A stretch of 64,000 nt of DNA from an uncultured virus (IMG/VR IMGVR_UViG_3300025085_000011) (IMGVR_UViG_3300025085_000011), one strand, 5' to 3'; shown: positions 29,604-38,747, counted from the first letter of the stretch. The notes: a model not told the origin generated them from the letters alone. Made by a program: numbers and translations.

Positions 29604-29632
29604 ATTGTACGTGATCTAACGCATGGTGTCAA
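29604..29632 (-). promoter_or_regulatory. Sigma70-type promoter
   Basis: TTGACA-17 nt-TACAAT on the minus strand. Confidence 0.8.
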
Positions 29633-29810
29633 CCCTAGTTACAAGGTATTAAACTACGCGATAGTATGTTTAGATTTTCTAAAAATAATTTCTTTTTCTA
29701 CAATGAGATTAGCAACAAATAAATAGTCAGTTTGTTACATCTATCTTTATTAAGACTTTAGAAATTAAAAAAAACCAAGAATAATTTCTTGGTTCCTTAC
29801 TTGTTTAAAT

Positions 29811-30338
29811 TTATTGATCGCCTTTCGATCGACTTACAGAAGAATCGTTGTTATATCTTCCTGTGACGCTATAGCTTTTTTCAGGAGGACTCGCCATCTC
29901 CATAAAGATCACTTGACCAATTTTCCTACCTGGCCATAGAGGTAAGTAACCATAATTTCTAGCGTTCTTTAATTCAAGGGTTAAAACAGAATTGTTAAAC
30001 CCAGGATCAATCCAACCGGCTAACAAATGCTCAAAACCACTTCGAGCTAACGAAGATTTTAAAGCGAATTGAGCTGCAACACAGTCTGGAATAAAAAACT
30101 TCTCAAGCGTATGAGTCAGTACAAATTCATTTGGTGACAAATAAAAAGGCGCTTGTGCTGTGTAGCTAGAAATATCTACAGCTCGATAATTTTCATCTGC
30201 TTCTGTCTCGACTAACACTTCATTACCCAGACGAACATCGAGACTCGCTGGATTTAACAGAGCCGGATCAAATGGTTTGACCATTCCCGCTAAACATAGT
30301 TCTTTTATCTGATGATCTGGGAGAACACTCACGGCCAT
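29811..30338 (-). CDS. dcd: dCTP deaminase
   Basis: LNPASLDVRLG, KSSLARSG, AGWIDPGF, LTLEL, IGQVIF. Confidence 0.9.
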   Translation of the reverse strand: MAVSVLPDHQIKELCLAGMVKPFDPALLNPASLDVRLGNEVLVETEADENYRAVDISSYTAQAPFYLSPNEFVLTHTLEKFFIPDCVAAQFALKSSLARSGFEHLLAGWIDPGFNNSVLTLELKNARNYGYLPLWPGRKIGQVIFMEMASPPEKSYSVTGRYNNDSSVSRSKGDQ

Positions 30339-30358
30339 GACAACATACAGCTATCAGT

Positions 30359-30691
30359 TTAACCTTCACAGGTCAAAAGGTCATAGACTTCTTTGCCCGT
30401 CTCCGTCAAGTGGATCACGTTCATATCACTCCTGATCTTGGATGGGCGTCGCTCAAGGAGACACATACCAGGACAATTTTTTTCTGTACGGGAGCAAAGA
30501 ATAGATAGTTGACGTGAGATGGTTGATTGCTGCATGCTCAATAACTTGTTTAACTGGTTTTGATGCACCCCAGGGATCCCAGCCTCTGCGACACGTAAAA
30601 AAATACGAAGAGCCGACACAGATAACTTTGGGTTGAAGCTGTAAAAAGGCTCTAGTTGTTTAGAAGTCATCATGATCAAAGTTAAATTCAA
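30359..30691 (-). CDS. MarR-like winged-helix regulator
   Basis: QQSTISRQL...IHLTETGK. Confidence 0.7.
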   Translation of the reverse strand: MNLTLIMMTSKQLEPFYSFNPKLSVSALRIFLRVAEAGIPGVHQNQLNKLLSMQQSTISRQLSILCSRTEKNCPGMCLLERRPSKIRSDMNVIHLTETGKEVYDLLTCEG

Positions 30692-30914
30692 ATTTAGAAA
30701 TTACTTGAGGCGTGGGGAAGCATTGATAAACTGTCCCTACAGTCGACCTACTCTCTAACAAGACACGAGGGGCCACAGAAGTAGAACAAAATTGTCTTTC
30801 TTGTCTATTACTAATTTTCTGAAGAGACGCGAGACTTAGGCCGCTAAATCCAAAACCAGCTATAAAGATAAGAAGGTAAGGTGTACAGTTTGATAGTTTT
30901 TTAGTGAAGTTCAT
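30660..30914 (-). CDS. Small membrane/secreted protein
   Basis: Hydrophobic N-terminal segment. Confidence 0.5.
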   Translation of the reverse strand: MNFTKKLSNCTPYLLIFIAGFGFSGLSLASLQKISNRQERQFCSTSVAPRVLLESRSTVGTVYQCFPTPQVISKFEFNFDHDDF

Positions 30915-31078
30915 GGTCTAGGTGCTTTGTGTTTACGTGTGTTAGCTTCATAAAAAGCTTTTTCTAGGGCTGTGAGCCCTGAAGGATCATTTTTTGCGAT
31001 TGCTTCAAAAGCTTTTGACTTTGCTCGGGCAATCGTTTGGTCTGTGTTGGTTGCCCAAGATTGTGCTCGACGTGCCAT
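30911..31078 (-). CDS. Small hypothetical protein (55 aa, not in ORF track)
   Basis: MARRAQSWATNTDQTIARAKSKAF..., ATGA overlap downstream. Confidence 0.55.
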   Translation of the reverse strand: MARRAQSWATNTDQTIARAKSKAFEAIAKNDPSGLTALEKAFYEANTRKHKAPRP

Positions 31079-31080
31079 GG

Positions 31081-31335
31081 TTAAAAAGGTAACTTTTCGT
31101 TTTTCGCATGAAAGAACTCGCGTTCAAAGGTTTTACTCTTTATGGCTACACAAAGAGTAGTTAGCCCGTTGTAAAGACTTTGTTCTTTCTCTGTCAAAGA
31201 CTCTCGTTCGAGAACAACATTTTGTTTGGCTACCGCATCTTGATGAAGTTGATCTAGTTGCTCAACAGAAAGCCCGTTAAGCATAAAATTAATAGCCTCT
31301 ACGTAAGAGTCAATGAGATCGGGAATCATAATCAA
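31081..31335 (-). CDS. Hypothetical early protein
   Basis: Member of a tightly packed minus-strand array. Confidence 0.55.
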   Translation of the reverse strand: MIMIPDLIDSYVEAINFMLNGLSVEQLDQLHQDAVAKQNVVLERESLTEKEQSLYNGLTTLCVAIKSKTFEREFFHAKNEKLPF

Positions 31336-31538
31336 CTTGGATTAGTGTGCGTGGAATTGAAGAGAGCCGCTTTAACTGCGACCACAGTAGTTTCTTCTAC
31401 TTTTAGCCCGTTTACATCCTGTCCGAAGTATGTACCGGATGACGGTATTTCGATGATTGAGGCGTAAGGTTCCCCATCTTTGGAAATTAACTCGAAGTAG
31501 CTTTCAATTGCAGTCGATTGTTTGAATGAGAATGTCAT
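31332..31538 (-). CDS. Hypothetical early protein
   Basis: 4-nt overlaps with neighbours. Confidence 0.55.
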   Translation of the reverse strand: MTFSFKQSTAIESYFELISKDGEPYASIIEIPSSGTYFGQDVNGLKVEETTVVAVKAALFNSTHTNPS

Positions 31539-31723
31539 AGAAATTCGTCAATAGGTTTTGTTTGTGCTTTTTGATGAGCATGGTCAACTACATCAAGATA
31601 CTGGTCTTCTAAGATCTTGACGCCTTTTGTGTCAACCTGTGAACACGTGAATCGGTCAAAAGCTCCTGGTTTTCGCTTGTATGTTGTAGGTTTCTTGGTT
31701 TTCTTGCTGTGTTTAGGCATCAA
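31535..31723 (-). CDS. Hypothetical early protein
   Basis: 4-nt overlaps with neighbours. Confidence 0.5.
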   Translation of the reverse strand: MMPKHSKKTKKPTTYKRKPGAFDRFTCSQVDTKGVKILEDQYLDVVDHAHQKAQTKPIDEFL

Positions 31724-31902
31724 GCAATCTCTTTACGTGTTAAAAAGCTTTCAAGCACTGGTATCAACCGCCTAAGACGAATTTTCGTCTCCGTGGGAGT
31801 ACCCGAAGCAATTGAGAGAGATTTGTACCTTGCAAGGCAATGATACGTTAAATCATGTGTGTCAAGTGCATAAAGATCGTAAGGTATGCGAGTGAAAGTC
31901 AC
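31720..31902 (-). CDS. Hypothetical early protein
   Basis: 4-nt overlaps with neighbours. Confidence 0.5.
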   Translation of the reverse strand: MTFTRIPYDLYALDTHDLTYHCLARYKSLSIASGTPTETKIRLRRLIPVLESFLTRKEIA

Positions 31903-32150
31903 ACGTAAAGCTCAAAGATCGGACGCACACCTTTTCGCCAAAGAGAATCGTAAAACGACTCTTCAAAGTCTTCAGCGTCTAGGTGATAAGCTCCAAGATG
32001 ATACAAGCACAAACCGTCACTAGCGGCATCTCTAAGGAAAGATTCACCTTTGGATGTAAGAGCTATAAGTGAAATAAAGCCAGGGCGAGATTGTCTAAAA
32101 CTTACGTCTCCACTAGGACAAACGTCAGGTATGACCGTTGAATTTGTCAT
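31899..32150 (-). CDS. Hypothetical early protein
   Basis: 4-nt overlaps with neighbours. Confidence 0.55.
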   Translation of the reverse strand: MTNSTVIPDVCPSGDVSFRQSRPGFISLIALTSKGESFLRDAASDGLCLYHLGAYHLDAEDFEESFYDSLWRKGVRPIFELYV

Positions 32151-32437
32151 GACTTAGTCTCACGAGACTCAATCGCTTCGTTAGCGTTTTCCATCCAAGC
32201 CATACAGTAATCCAGAGCATCGTCAAGCTTAGCTAATATTTCTGCACGTTCAAATTGTGCTTGGTTGAAGTCGTCAGGGTGGTTGCCTTGAAAGTCACGC
32301 CCATGGAAAGTAGCAGCGGTGATCGATTGCATAGTTTTTCGGACGAAAATAGCCGCCCAGTTGTACTCGTCATAGAGAGTTTCTGGAGAAGTACCGTTGA
32401 GATTGATCTTTGGAAGGGTGATCTTAGTGTTTGTCAT
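32147..32437 (-). CDS. Hypothetical early protein
   Basis: LPKINLNGTS...FHGRDF motif. Confidence 0.6.
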   Translation of the reverse strand: MTNTKITLPKINLNGTSPETLYDEYNWAAIFVRKTMQSITAATFHGRDFQGNHPDDFNQAQFERAEILAKLDDALDYCMAWMENANEAIESRETKS

Positions 32438-32601
32438 AAGTCAGGGTTACGAATGAAACGTTGAGCGTTAATAGCTGAAGCCGCAGCGAAGATAACAACT
32501 ACAGGTTCGCTTTTCTGCGCACCTAGAACTGTTATCCATACAGAAACAAGCGTGACAAATAAAGCGATGGCTCGCTTGTCTGTAGCAGATTGTTTAAACA
32601 T
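32434..32601 (-). CDS. Small membrane protein (55 aa, not in ORF track)
   Basis: MFKQSATDKRAIALFVTLVSVWITVLG..., overlaps both neighbours. Confidence 0.5.
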   Translation of the reverse strand: MFKQSATDKRAIALFVTLVSVWITVLGAQKSEPVVVIFAAASAINAQRFIRNPDL

Positions 32602-33316
32602 GCTTGGCACCAGATCCGTGAGCCTCTACATATACGTCAGCTTTAGAACCATTACATAAGGTGCAAGTGCTACAGGTAGCTTGTGATTTGGGAGCCGTGG
32701 CAGGGCACAGTTTGCCGCTATAAGCCACAGAATGCTTGGGGATCACAGCAAACGTTTGCCATCCATGCGCTGACGCGTTGAGATAGTCATCCAATCCATC
32801 ACAGGAAGCCATAAAATAGCCTTTGCACCATTGTGCGAATGGTTCTCGCCATTGATGAGTGTAACCTGTATGAGAATCAGCGTGTTCGTTAATAGTGTGA
32901 AACAGTGAGGGAGCAATTAAACTCGGATCCCCATAAGATCCCCACCTAATCTTGTTACCTTTGATCATCTCTGGTGTTAAGTCTGAAAGTTGACCATAAA
33001 CATCACGTTTGTATGCCCTCCAGATAGATAAAGGTGCTTGGCCTGGATTTACATAGCAACTTCTATTTATATACTTATCGAGCGTGGGATCGTATTGCCC
33101 TCGATGAGAACAATTACCACAGATTGAGTAATCTTCTCCATTTGCAATTGCTTCCACTGGATCTATATCTTCTCGCAAAATCCAGACTTGAAACATAGGA
33201 CCAGTCTTGCGATTACTGGTCTTAATTGTCATGATTACAACAAACGGATTACCATCTATCGGTGAGATACCGCGTTGCAGCACAAAACCCTTGAAGCCAT
33301 TGAATCTTTTAGCCAT
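32594..33316 (-). CDS. Cys-rich gp88-like protein, possibly Fe-S binding
   Basis: SNRKTG, CGNC, CYV, RWGSYGDP, GYTH, CPA...CSTCTLC...AHG. Confidence 0.6.
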   Translation of the reverse strand: MAKRFNGFKGFVLQRGISPIDGNPFVVIMTIKTSNRKTGPMFQVWILREDIDPVEAIANGEDYSICGNCSHRGQYDPTLDKYINRSCYVNPGQAPLSIWRAYKRDVYGQLSDLTPEMIKGNKIRWGSYGDPSLIAPSLFHTINEHADSHTGYTHQWREPFAQWCKGYFMASCDGLDDYLNASAHGWQTFAVIPKHSVAYSGKLCPATAPKSQATCSTCTLCNGSKADVYVEAHGSGAKHV

Positions 33317-33318
33317 GA

Positions 33319-33474
33319 TTAAACCTCTTGGATGTAATAAAGGAGAGCGTGTGGATGGTTGTTAATAAAGACATTAATTGCGTCACGTAAGTTTTCCGCT
33401 TTGATGCGAATCTCTCTACGTGTCACTATATCTTTCTGGGTGTAATCTCTGTAACTAGCTGTAAAGTTTGCCAT
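33319..33474 (-). CDS. Small hypothetical protein (51 aa, not in ORF track)
   Basis: MANFTASYRDYTQKDIVTRREIRIKAENL..., fills the gap exactly. Confidence 0.5.
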   Translation of the reverse strand: MANFTASYRDYTQKDIVTRREIRIKAENLRDAINVFINNHPHALLYYIQEV

Positions 33475-33698
33475 CACTTGCATCCATCGTGATAAGGAAT
33501 GCCACAGGAATTGTTTTCAATTAAGTCAGCATCAGAGGGTTCCCAATTGTCTATGTACTCCAAAGCAGGGATTAACTCATCTTCAATCTTCTCTAAAATA
33601 TCACCTGGTATGTAATTGTTTCTGACTAGCATCTTAAACTTAATCAGTGAGTGATGAGCAAGACCATGTTCATCAAGAGTGTAGATGTCAAAAGGCAT
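33474..33698 (-). CDS. Hypothetical early protein
   Basis: 74 aa, packed array. Confidence 0.55.
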   Translation of the reverse strand: MPFDIYTLDEHGLAHHSLIKFKMLVRNNYIPGDILEKIEDELIPALEYIDNWEPSDADLIENNSCGIPYHDGCK

Positions 33699-33700
33699 GA

Positions 33701-34060
33701 TTAGTTGAGCGAAGGGTTACGATCTTTAGCAGTTAGAGAGGGGTCAGGATCACTGCCCTGAGGCAGATAATAGTCTCCATTCTTTAGTGGCAGGTACTGT
33801 GACCACCATTTCAGAATGTTTTGTGACACATACTCCTCACACTCTTCAATGGTGTCATATTCACGCCATTGAAATTCATCAGACACAGGCACCCATTCCC
33901 ATTGAATAGAATACTTTGCACGATGTTGTGAGTGATAGATACAACCTACCTTCTCATCACCCTCACCTAAAGGATCGTTAAGGTAGATAAAACTTTCTAC
34001 GCTATATTGTAAAGATGGATGAGGCCTGACATAGTCAATGTCAAATGTTGGGATAGTCAT
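33701..34060 (-). CDS. Hypothetical early protein
   Basis: 119 aa, ends LTAKDRNPSL. Confidence 0.6.
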   Translation of the reverse strand: MTIPTFDIDYVRPHPSLQYSVESFIYLNDPLGEGDEKVGCIYHSQHRAKYSIQWEWVPVSDEFQWREYDTIEECEEYVSQNILKWWSQYLPLKNGDYYLPQGSDPDPSLTAKDRNPSLN

Positions 34061-34263
34061 CAGTTTGAGGTAGCGATTTTGGTGGCGAGTTTATCAATTG
34101 GACCTTGCCAATCGCAGCCGCGATTATCTTCTTTGAACGCCATAAGCCACTGTTCTTTGGCTCCGTCATCCATAGGAGTGGCATGCATATCGTTGTAAAA
34201 CGCTAGTGCGTTTACGATGGCTAGCTGTTCATCTTTAGAGACGATGAGATGGATAGAAGTCAT
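34060..34263 (-). CDS. Hypothetical early protein
   Basis: 67 aa, packed array. Confidence 0.55.
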   Translation of the reverse strand: MTSIHLIVSKDEQLAIVNALAFYNDMHATPMDDGAKEQWLMAFKEDNRGCDWQGPIDKLATKIATSN

Positions 34264-34583
34264 TAGTAGTTACCAAGCTTAAATTCTTCTACAAAGCCCC
34301 TAGTTAGTGACTCTGCAACTTGTAAGCGCAGACACTTAGGGAACGTACTTTTGAGACTTTGTGTCATCGAGCCGTGGCGAAGTAAATAATCTTTAGCGGC
34401 AGGCATTACGAGATTCCGATCTACATAAGCGATTGCACGATCAAGCTCAAAGTCACCGCGTTTGTGAAACTTACCGAGACATTTGAATGTTGAATTTAGA
34501 TGTATACCGGAGAAGTGCTCACTGTAGAGTTCCAACTCACGGAATGCATCATTGTCAATGATGAGTTCAAATTTACCAGTCAT
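34263..34583 (-). CDS. Hypothetical early protein, first clear gene of the minus arm
   Basis: 106 aa, RELELY...ELGNY-like motifs. Confidence 0.65.
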   Translation of the reverse strand: MTGKFELIIDNDAFRELELYSEHFSGIHLNSTFKCLGKFHKRGDFELDRAIAYVDRNLVMPAAKDYLLRHGSMTQSLKSTFPKCLRLQVAESLTRGFVEEFKLGNY

Positions 34584-34875
34584 AAGTTAATACCTGTTGT
34601 AAGAATGTAAGGAAGTAAGAGAAAGAATCTCTTGAAATGCAGAGACAATGCAGTGCATTTTAAGAGAATCAGAGTGATCATAAATGATCATGAAAATGAA
34701 CATACCAAACCAAAATAGAGACCATGTAGTTGTTACATGGCCCCTACAAGGTAATGATTTTCAAAAAATACCTGAAAGATTATCAGGTTATAGGGCTCAC
34801 ATAGAGCATAAAATGTTATTTAGTTGTGTTTCTAGGTCACAAAGGGATGACCGTAGAACAGAAAGAGGAGAATAA

Positions 34876-35280
34876 TGTTTCGCGTTAGTTGCACGGATCG
34901 ACACACCTAGGAGTTGCCTAGGGGACAACATGCACAGCATGATGGCGGCGACGTACAATCGGGGGATATCACCGCACCCGATAGCGCTTGTATTACGTCA
35001 GCTCGACAGGGAACTAGGGCAGGAGAGCACGGGACACGTCATAACAACGCTGCGTGGTGCCGCCTAGCTAGGCGCTGACTAAATTGTCTAGGTTCTGCCA
35101 GCTAATCGGATTAGGTCTGGCGTGGTAAGGGCTGGATGCCCTTGGCTGAAAGCATAACATACATTCAGCGGATCGGATGAGAAGGAGCTTGGTTGATCTT
35201 GCGACTAGGGAAAGCGCAAAGGCTTAAGGCTTAGTCGATTCGATCGGGCTCGGTTCGTCCGATGTGTAAACAATACATCA
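34876..35280. ncRNA. Candidate structured non-coding element
   Basis: No ORF of 60 aa or more, visibly GC-richer than flanks, about eight consecutive stems. Confidence 0.4.
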
Positions 35281-35319
35281 CCACGGCCCACGGAACGAGA
35301 CCATGTGACACTTGTAACA
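35270..35319 (-). promoter_or_regulatory. Candidate early promoter with upstream CRP/NtcA-family-like box
   Basis: Minus strand -10-like TATTGT at 35275-35270 and TGTGA-N6-TAACA at 35304-35319. Confidence 0.35.
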
Positions 35320-35777
35320 TTGGAACACACTGTGCGGTTCAGACTAGACTGTGCTGATCAGAGAATGAAACGCGCACCCGCACGCGTATACCACACCATG
35401 AACCCCAACTTAATAAAATGAAATAGGTGTACCCTATGACCGTAGGACACCCCCCTAAGTATAAAGTATTAATAACTACAACGTATTAGATGTTATTAGT
35501 AATACATAGGGATCACTAAGTAATTCTTTACATCAACTGCCCGCAATCGACCCTTTTTTTTAGATATGAAGCTATATACGACGAGGTGGCGAGAACAATC
35601 TCATAATCTTCTGGGTATTTTGGGGTCAAAATGTTGTTGTAGAAGTATAGTGACACAGTTTGAAAAAAAAATCGAGCCGTGGTAAACGACCCAAAAAAGT
35701 TTTTAAGTGTACAACTGCTATTTATCGACTTGAATCAAAAAATACGCGTAGACTATATTTAAATAATTTCGAGATCT

Positions 35778-36686
35778 GTGAGAGACGCTATATCTCCTGC
35801 TTATAAAACAAGTATGTACTTACTTGGCGGTAAACCCCCGGCAGGGTTTGCAGGAGAACCTGAAAAGCGACAGATATCTGCAGGAAACTTTGAAGAAACA
35901 CCAGAAGGTATGAGGTTTGCCGCTTCACCAGAAGCGCTAGAAACTATAAGACGTGTTAAGGAACGTACTGGGTTGGATCTACAGGTTTTTCCGATGAACG
36001 ATCCTAATGCCCCGCCGGGTGCTCTAGGTTATTTTATGCACAATGAAAAAGAAGGAGGGAGTTACGATCCTGTAAAGCGAAGAATATATATGAATCCTAG
36101 TCAGGATGAGTTACCACAGTTTGTGTTTGAGCATGAGACTGGTCATGCTGTAGATCCTTTGTTACCTAAAAGTAATAGGTACGTGAATGAGAGGATGGGT
36201 GTCTTTCTCGATAAATTTAATTCCGGTAAATACAACACACCTGCAGAAGCCTTAGCAGACTACATGTTGACTTTTCCTAGAAGAAAGTTAGATACAGAGC
36301 TAACTGCACAAAGATATGCAAAAGACCGAATGCGCGAGCGTGGGCTAAGTGACAGTTTTACTGAAGAGGATTTAGCTGAATACCCTTTGGCGTATATAGA
36401 TCAAGGACAGAGAAAGTTTGATGTAGAGAATGTAAACTTTGTTGGTGGTATTGTTCCTGATTCGATGTCTAACAGTTTTCAAAACGAAGTTATTCGCCCA
36501 ATGACTTCACTAAGGCCACAACCTCCAGCTCCTTATTTGACACCTGACGCAAACACTAGGGTTGAGTACGATGAAGAGCTTGCGAGACGACTTTCTGCGT
36601 TGTATGCAACTCCAGGTTACGGTGAACAAGCCAATGAAGAACAGCAAAGAGCTGAGATTTACGCAAAAAGAAGATTACAAGAGTAA
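35778..36686 (+). CDS. Hypothetical protein with HExxH zinc-metallopeptidase motif
   Basis: VFEHETGHA with downstream TELTAQRYA. Confidence 0.6.
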   Translation: MRDAISPAYKTSMYLLGGKPPAGFAGEPEKRQISAGNFEETPEGMRFAASPEALETIRRVKERTGLDLQVFPMNDPNAPPGALGYFMHNEKEGGSYDPVKRRIYMNPSQDELPQFVFEHETGHAVDPLLPKSNRYVNERMGVFLDKFNSGKYNTPAEALADYMLTFPRRKLDTELTAQRYAKDRMRERGLSDSFTEEDLAEYPLAYIDQGQRKFDVENVNFVGGIVPDSMSNSFQNEVIRPMTSLRPQPPAPYLTPDANTRVEYDEELARRLSALYATPGYGEQANEEQQRAEIYAKRRLQE

Positions 36687-36724
36687 AGCAATCAATATTA
36701 GACTGCCAACAAAGCTGTAGCTTT

Positions 36725-37051
36725 ATGCTTTCCACGGAAGTCAGAAAAAAGGCGGAGTTTATCTGTCTTCGGATCGCTAAGAATAAGAAGGTAGAGATGA
36801 AAGACATGATTTGGATCCAGAAGTGGGCTAAATCAAATCATTCTGTGGAGTCTATGCTCCGTATAGCCAGGAGAAAGGGACTTAGTGTCGACAAAAAACC
36901 AGAAGGGTTAGATAAATTTCTGCAGGATATGGACTTAGGTGATGATTTTGAAGGGAACGGGATGGATGCGCCTACGGATCCACTGAACATTGCCGCGTGG
37001 TTCGCATCTAAACCCAGGTGGTTTGTCGATGATGAGGGTTGTAGAGACTAA
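36725..37051 (+). CDS. Hypothetical protein (cyanophage-type)
   Basis: MLST...EFICLRIA...DMIW.QKWAKSN...LR.ARR. Confidence 0.7.
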   Translation: MLSTEVRKKAEFICLRIAKNKKVEMKDMIWIQKWAKSNHSVESMLRIARRKGLSVDKKPEGLDKFLQDMDLGDDFEGNGMDAPTDPLNIAAWFASKPRWFVDDEGCRD

Positions 37052-37076
37052 AATAAGTATTAACTAGCGATTTATC

Positions 37077-37232
37077 GTGGACGAATTTAAAAATTATCTT
37101 TTTACACTTGCACGTAAGTCTTTAGGTGCTCCAGGTCTTACTGGATCAACTAGTTACGTCAATGATGACGCTGCTGCTGCTTATGCCAAGCAGTTGATTG
37201 CCACTTTAGCTCAAGGAGTAAGCGGTAAGTAG
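37077..37232 (+). CDS. Small hypothetical protein (51 aa, not in ORF track)
   Basis: GTG start, MDEFKNYLFTLARKSLG..., fills the gap. Confidence 0.45.
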   Translation: MDEFKNYLFTLARKSLGAPGLTGSTSYVNDDAAAAYAKQLIATLAQGVSGK

Positions 37233-37238
37233 GTTTTT

Positions 37239-37496
37239 GTGCGAGCACCCAGGGCTTTTAGGTCAAAATTGTTCTTGTACCGGCTTTTGGCGGTAATTTT
37301 TGCTTTTGAAGCCATGATTTTGCTGATCAGCTTTGATGGCTGTACAAAATTAGCTCTAAGTAACTTAGAAAAGCAGATGGGAGCTGTTTCTGTAGCTACT
37401 GTCTGCCCAGAATTGGGAAAAAGAGCGGAAGGCTTGTTCGGCGTGGCTATTGCCACTGTCCTTAGTTTGTTGGTTGGTAGTGAAAAAGAGAATTAA
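37239..37496 (+). CDS. Small membrane protein
   Basis: Two hydrophobic segments flanking a Cys pair. Confidence 0.55.
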   Translation: MRAPRAFRSKLFLYRLLAVIFAFEAMILLISFDGCTKLALSNLEKQMGAVSVATVCPELGKRAEGLFGVAIATVLSLLVGSEKEN

Positions 37497-37534
37497 CTAT
37501 GTTTTTCGTTTAAACTAAGTGCAATAGGTTTTGT

Positions 37535-37780
37535 TTGCTAGTAGTCGATATGGATCCTCAGATGTTTCTTGAAGGGTACTTGAAGAACCCTGAGGTATAC
37601 GACCCCGCAACGTCAGAAATGGCAAACTACGCAGCTCAGCCACTGATGGAAGGCGAACAACCTGGTATGGGACCAGAAGTGCCGGATGCTATGAAGATGG
37701 AGATTATGCGTAGGACGCAACCAGGTGCTTATGAGAACTTGATGCGTTTGAAAGCTCGTTACGGTACTGCACAAGCCTGA
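37535..37780 (+). CDS. Hypothetical protein
   Basis: Met/Pro-rich, likely start MDPQMF. Confidence 0.55.
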   Translation: MLVVDMDPQMFLEGYLKNPEVYDPATSEMANYAAQPLMEGEQPGMGPEVPDAMKMEIMRRTQPGAYENLMRLKARYGTAQA

Positions 37781-37785
37781 TTATC

Positions 37786-38613
37786 ATGGATTTTCTTAAC
37801 AATCTTGCTGGAAACGTACTCGAATCGGTCTCTAAGTTCAGCCGTGGACTTAGTAGTACGGATAGCTTACCTATGAGGATTGCTGGTAGGGAACTACCAA
37901 GAATGCTTGACCCTCGAAGAATTGTTCAAGATCCACGTAGGATTCTGGACCCCACTAGTGTTCGAGGCGGAATTTTAACGGGGAAGGCAATTAATGTGGT
38001 TGGCGATAAAATTGGTATGCCTAAAAAAGAACAGGGTTTTTTAGAAGGGTTTTTTACAACACCTGGTGGGTTTCATCTTAAAATGCTCGCTGGTATGATC
38101 GGATCTGATGTAAATAATCCAGCAGGGGGTGCAATATATAACGAAGACGGTACTTTGACAGAGAACTCAAAAGCCCTTCAGCGAATTGCACTTGCACAAG
38201 GGAAGCCAGATCCTTTTGGTTATCGTGCTCCTGAAGAAGTTATGGAAGCCCCAGTTCTAGTCGACACCAGAGAAGTAGTTTTACCTGAGACTCAAAGTGA
38301 GCCTCCGGCTTCTGTACCATCTTCTATACCAGTTCGTATACCAGTTGAGACTCAATTTGAGACTCCAAGGGAAACACCAACCCCCGTGGTTGTACAGGAG
38401 ACACCTAAGCCACAGAATGCTTTGGCTCAGAAGTTTCTAGAGGATCAGATGATCGGGAACGAGATGGCGAACACAGGAGAGCTTCAGGATCTCTTGATGC
38501 GCTCTGGTGCTGTAGGGAGTATGAGTGAAAAGGATCTAGACACGTGGACTAAGAGTAATTCTGCGTTGGCTTATAGGTTGGCAGAGAAGGAAGGTTTGCT
38601 AAGCGGTATCTAG
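37786..38613 (+). CDS. Hypothetical protein (possible internal virion protein)
   Basis: 275 aa with a Pro/Glu-rich linker. C-terminal W...N.ALAY.L motif also occurs in 61581..63329. Confidence 0.6.
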   Translation: MDFLNNLAGNVLESVSKFSRGLSSTDSLPMRIAGRELPRMLDPRRIVQDPRRILDPTSVRGGILTGKAINVVGDKIGMPKKEQGFLEGFFTTPGGFHLKMLAGMIGSDVNNPAGGAIYNEDGTLTENSKALQRIALAQGKPDPFGYRAPEEVMEAPVLVDTREVVLPETQSEPPASVPSSIPVRIPVETQFETPRETPTPVVVQETPKPQNALAQKFLEDQMIGNEMANTGELQDLLMRSGAVGSMSEKDLDTWTKSNSALAYRLAEKEGLLSGI

Positions 38614-38747
38614 ACGAGATCAGTGTGGGCGATCACCCATCCGTCTTTTGTTAGTTCTTTGTATTTTTTGCGAGCTTGTTTGGTTTCTACGTCTACTAGA
38701 AAAAACAGTTCTTTCTTGTAGCAGTAAAGGCGGGCAAGTCCGATCAC
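38610..38747 (-). CDS. Small hypothetical protein (45 aa, not in ORF track)
   Basis: GTG start with TAGACT upstream, ...ARKKYKELTKDGWVIAHTDLV. Confidence 0.4.
   Translation of the reverse strand: MIGLARLYCYKKELFFLVDVETKQARKKYKELTKDGWVIAHTDLV

Noticed and set aside
34684..34875. 63-aa + strand ORF
   Set aside because: No RBS or motif, in a regulatory-looking region opposite the early arm.
34876..35400. tRNA, tmRNA or CRISPR array
   Set aside because: No cloverleaf or TTC loop with acceptor stem, no tag ORF, no repeat-spacer periodicity.
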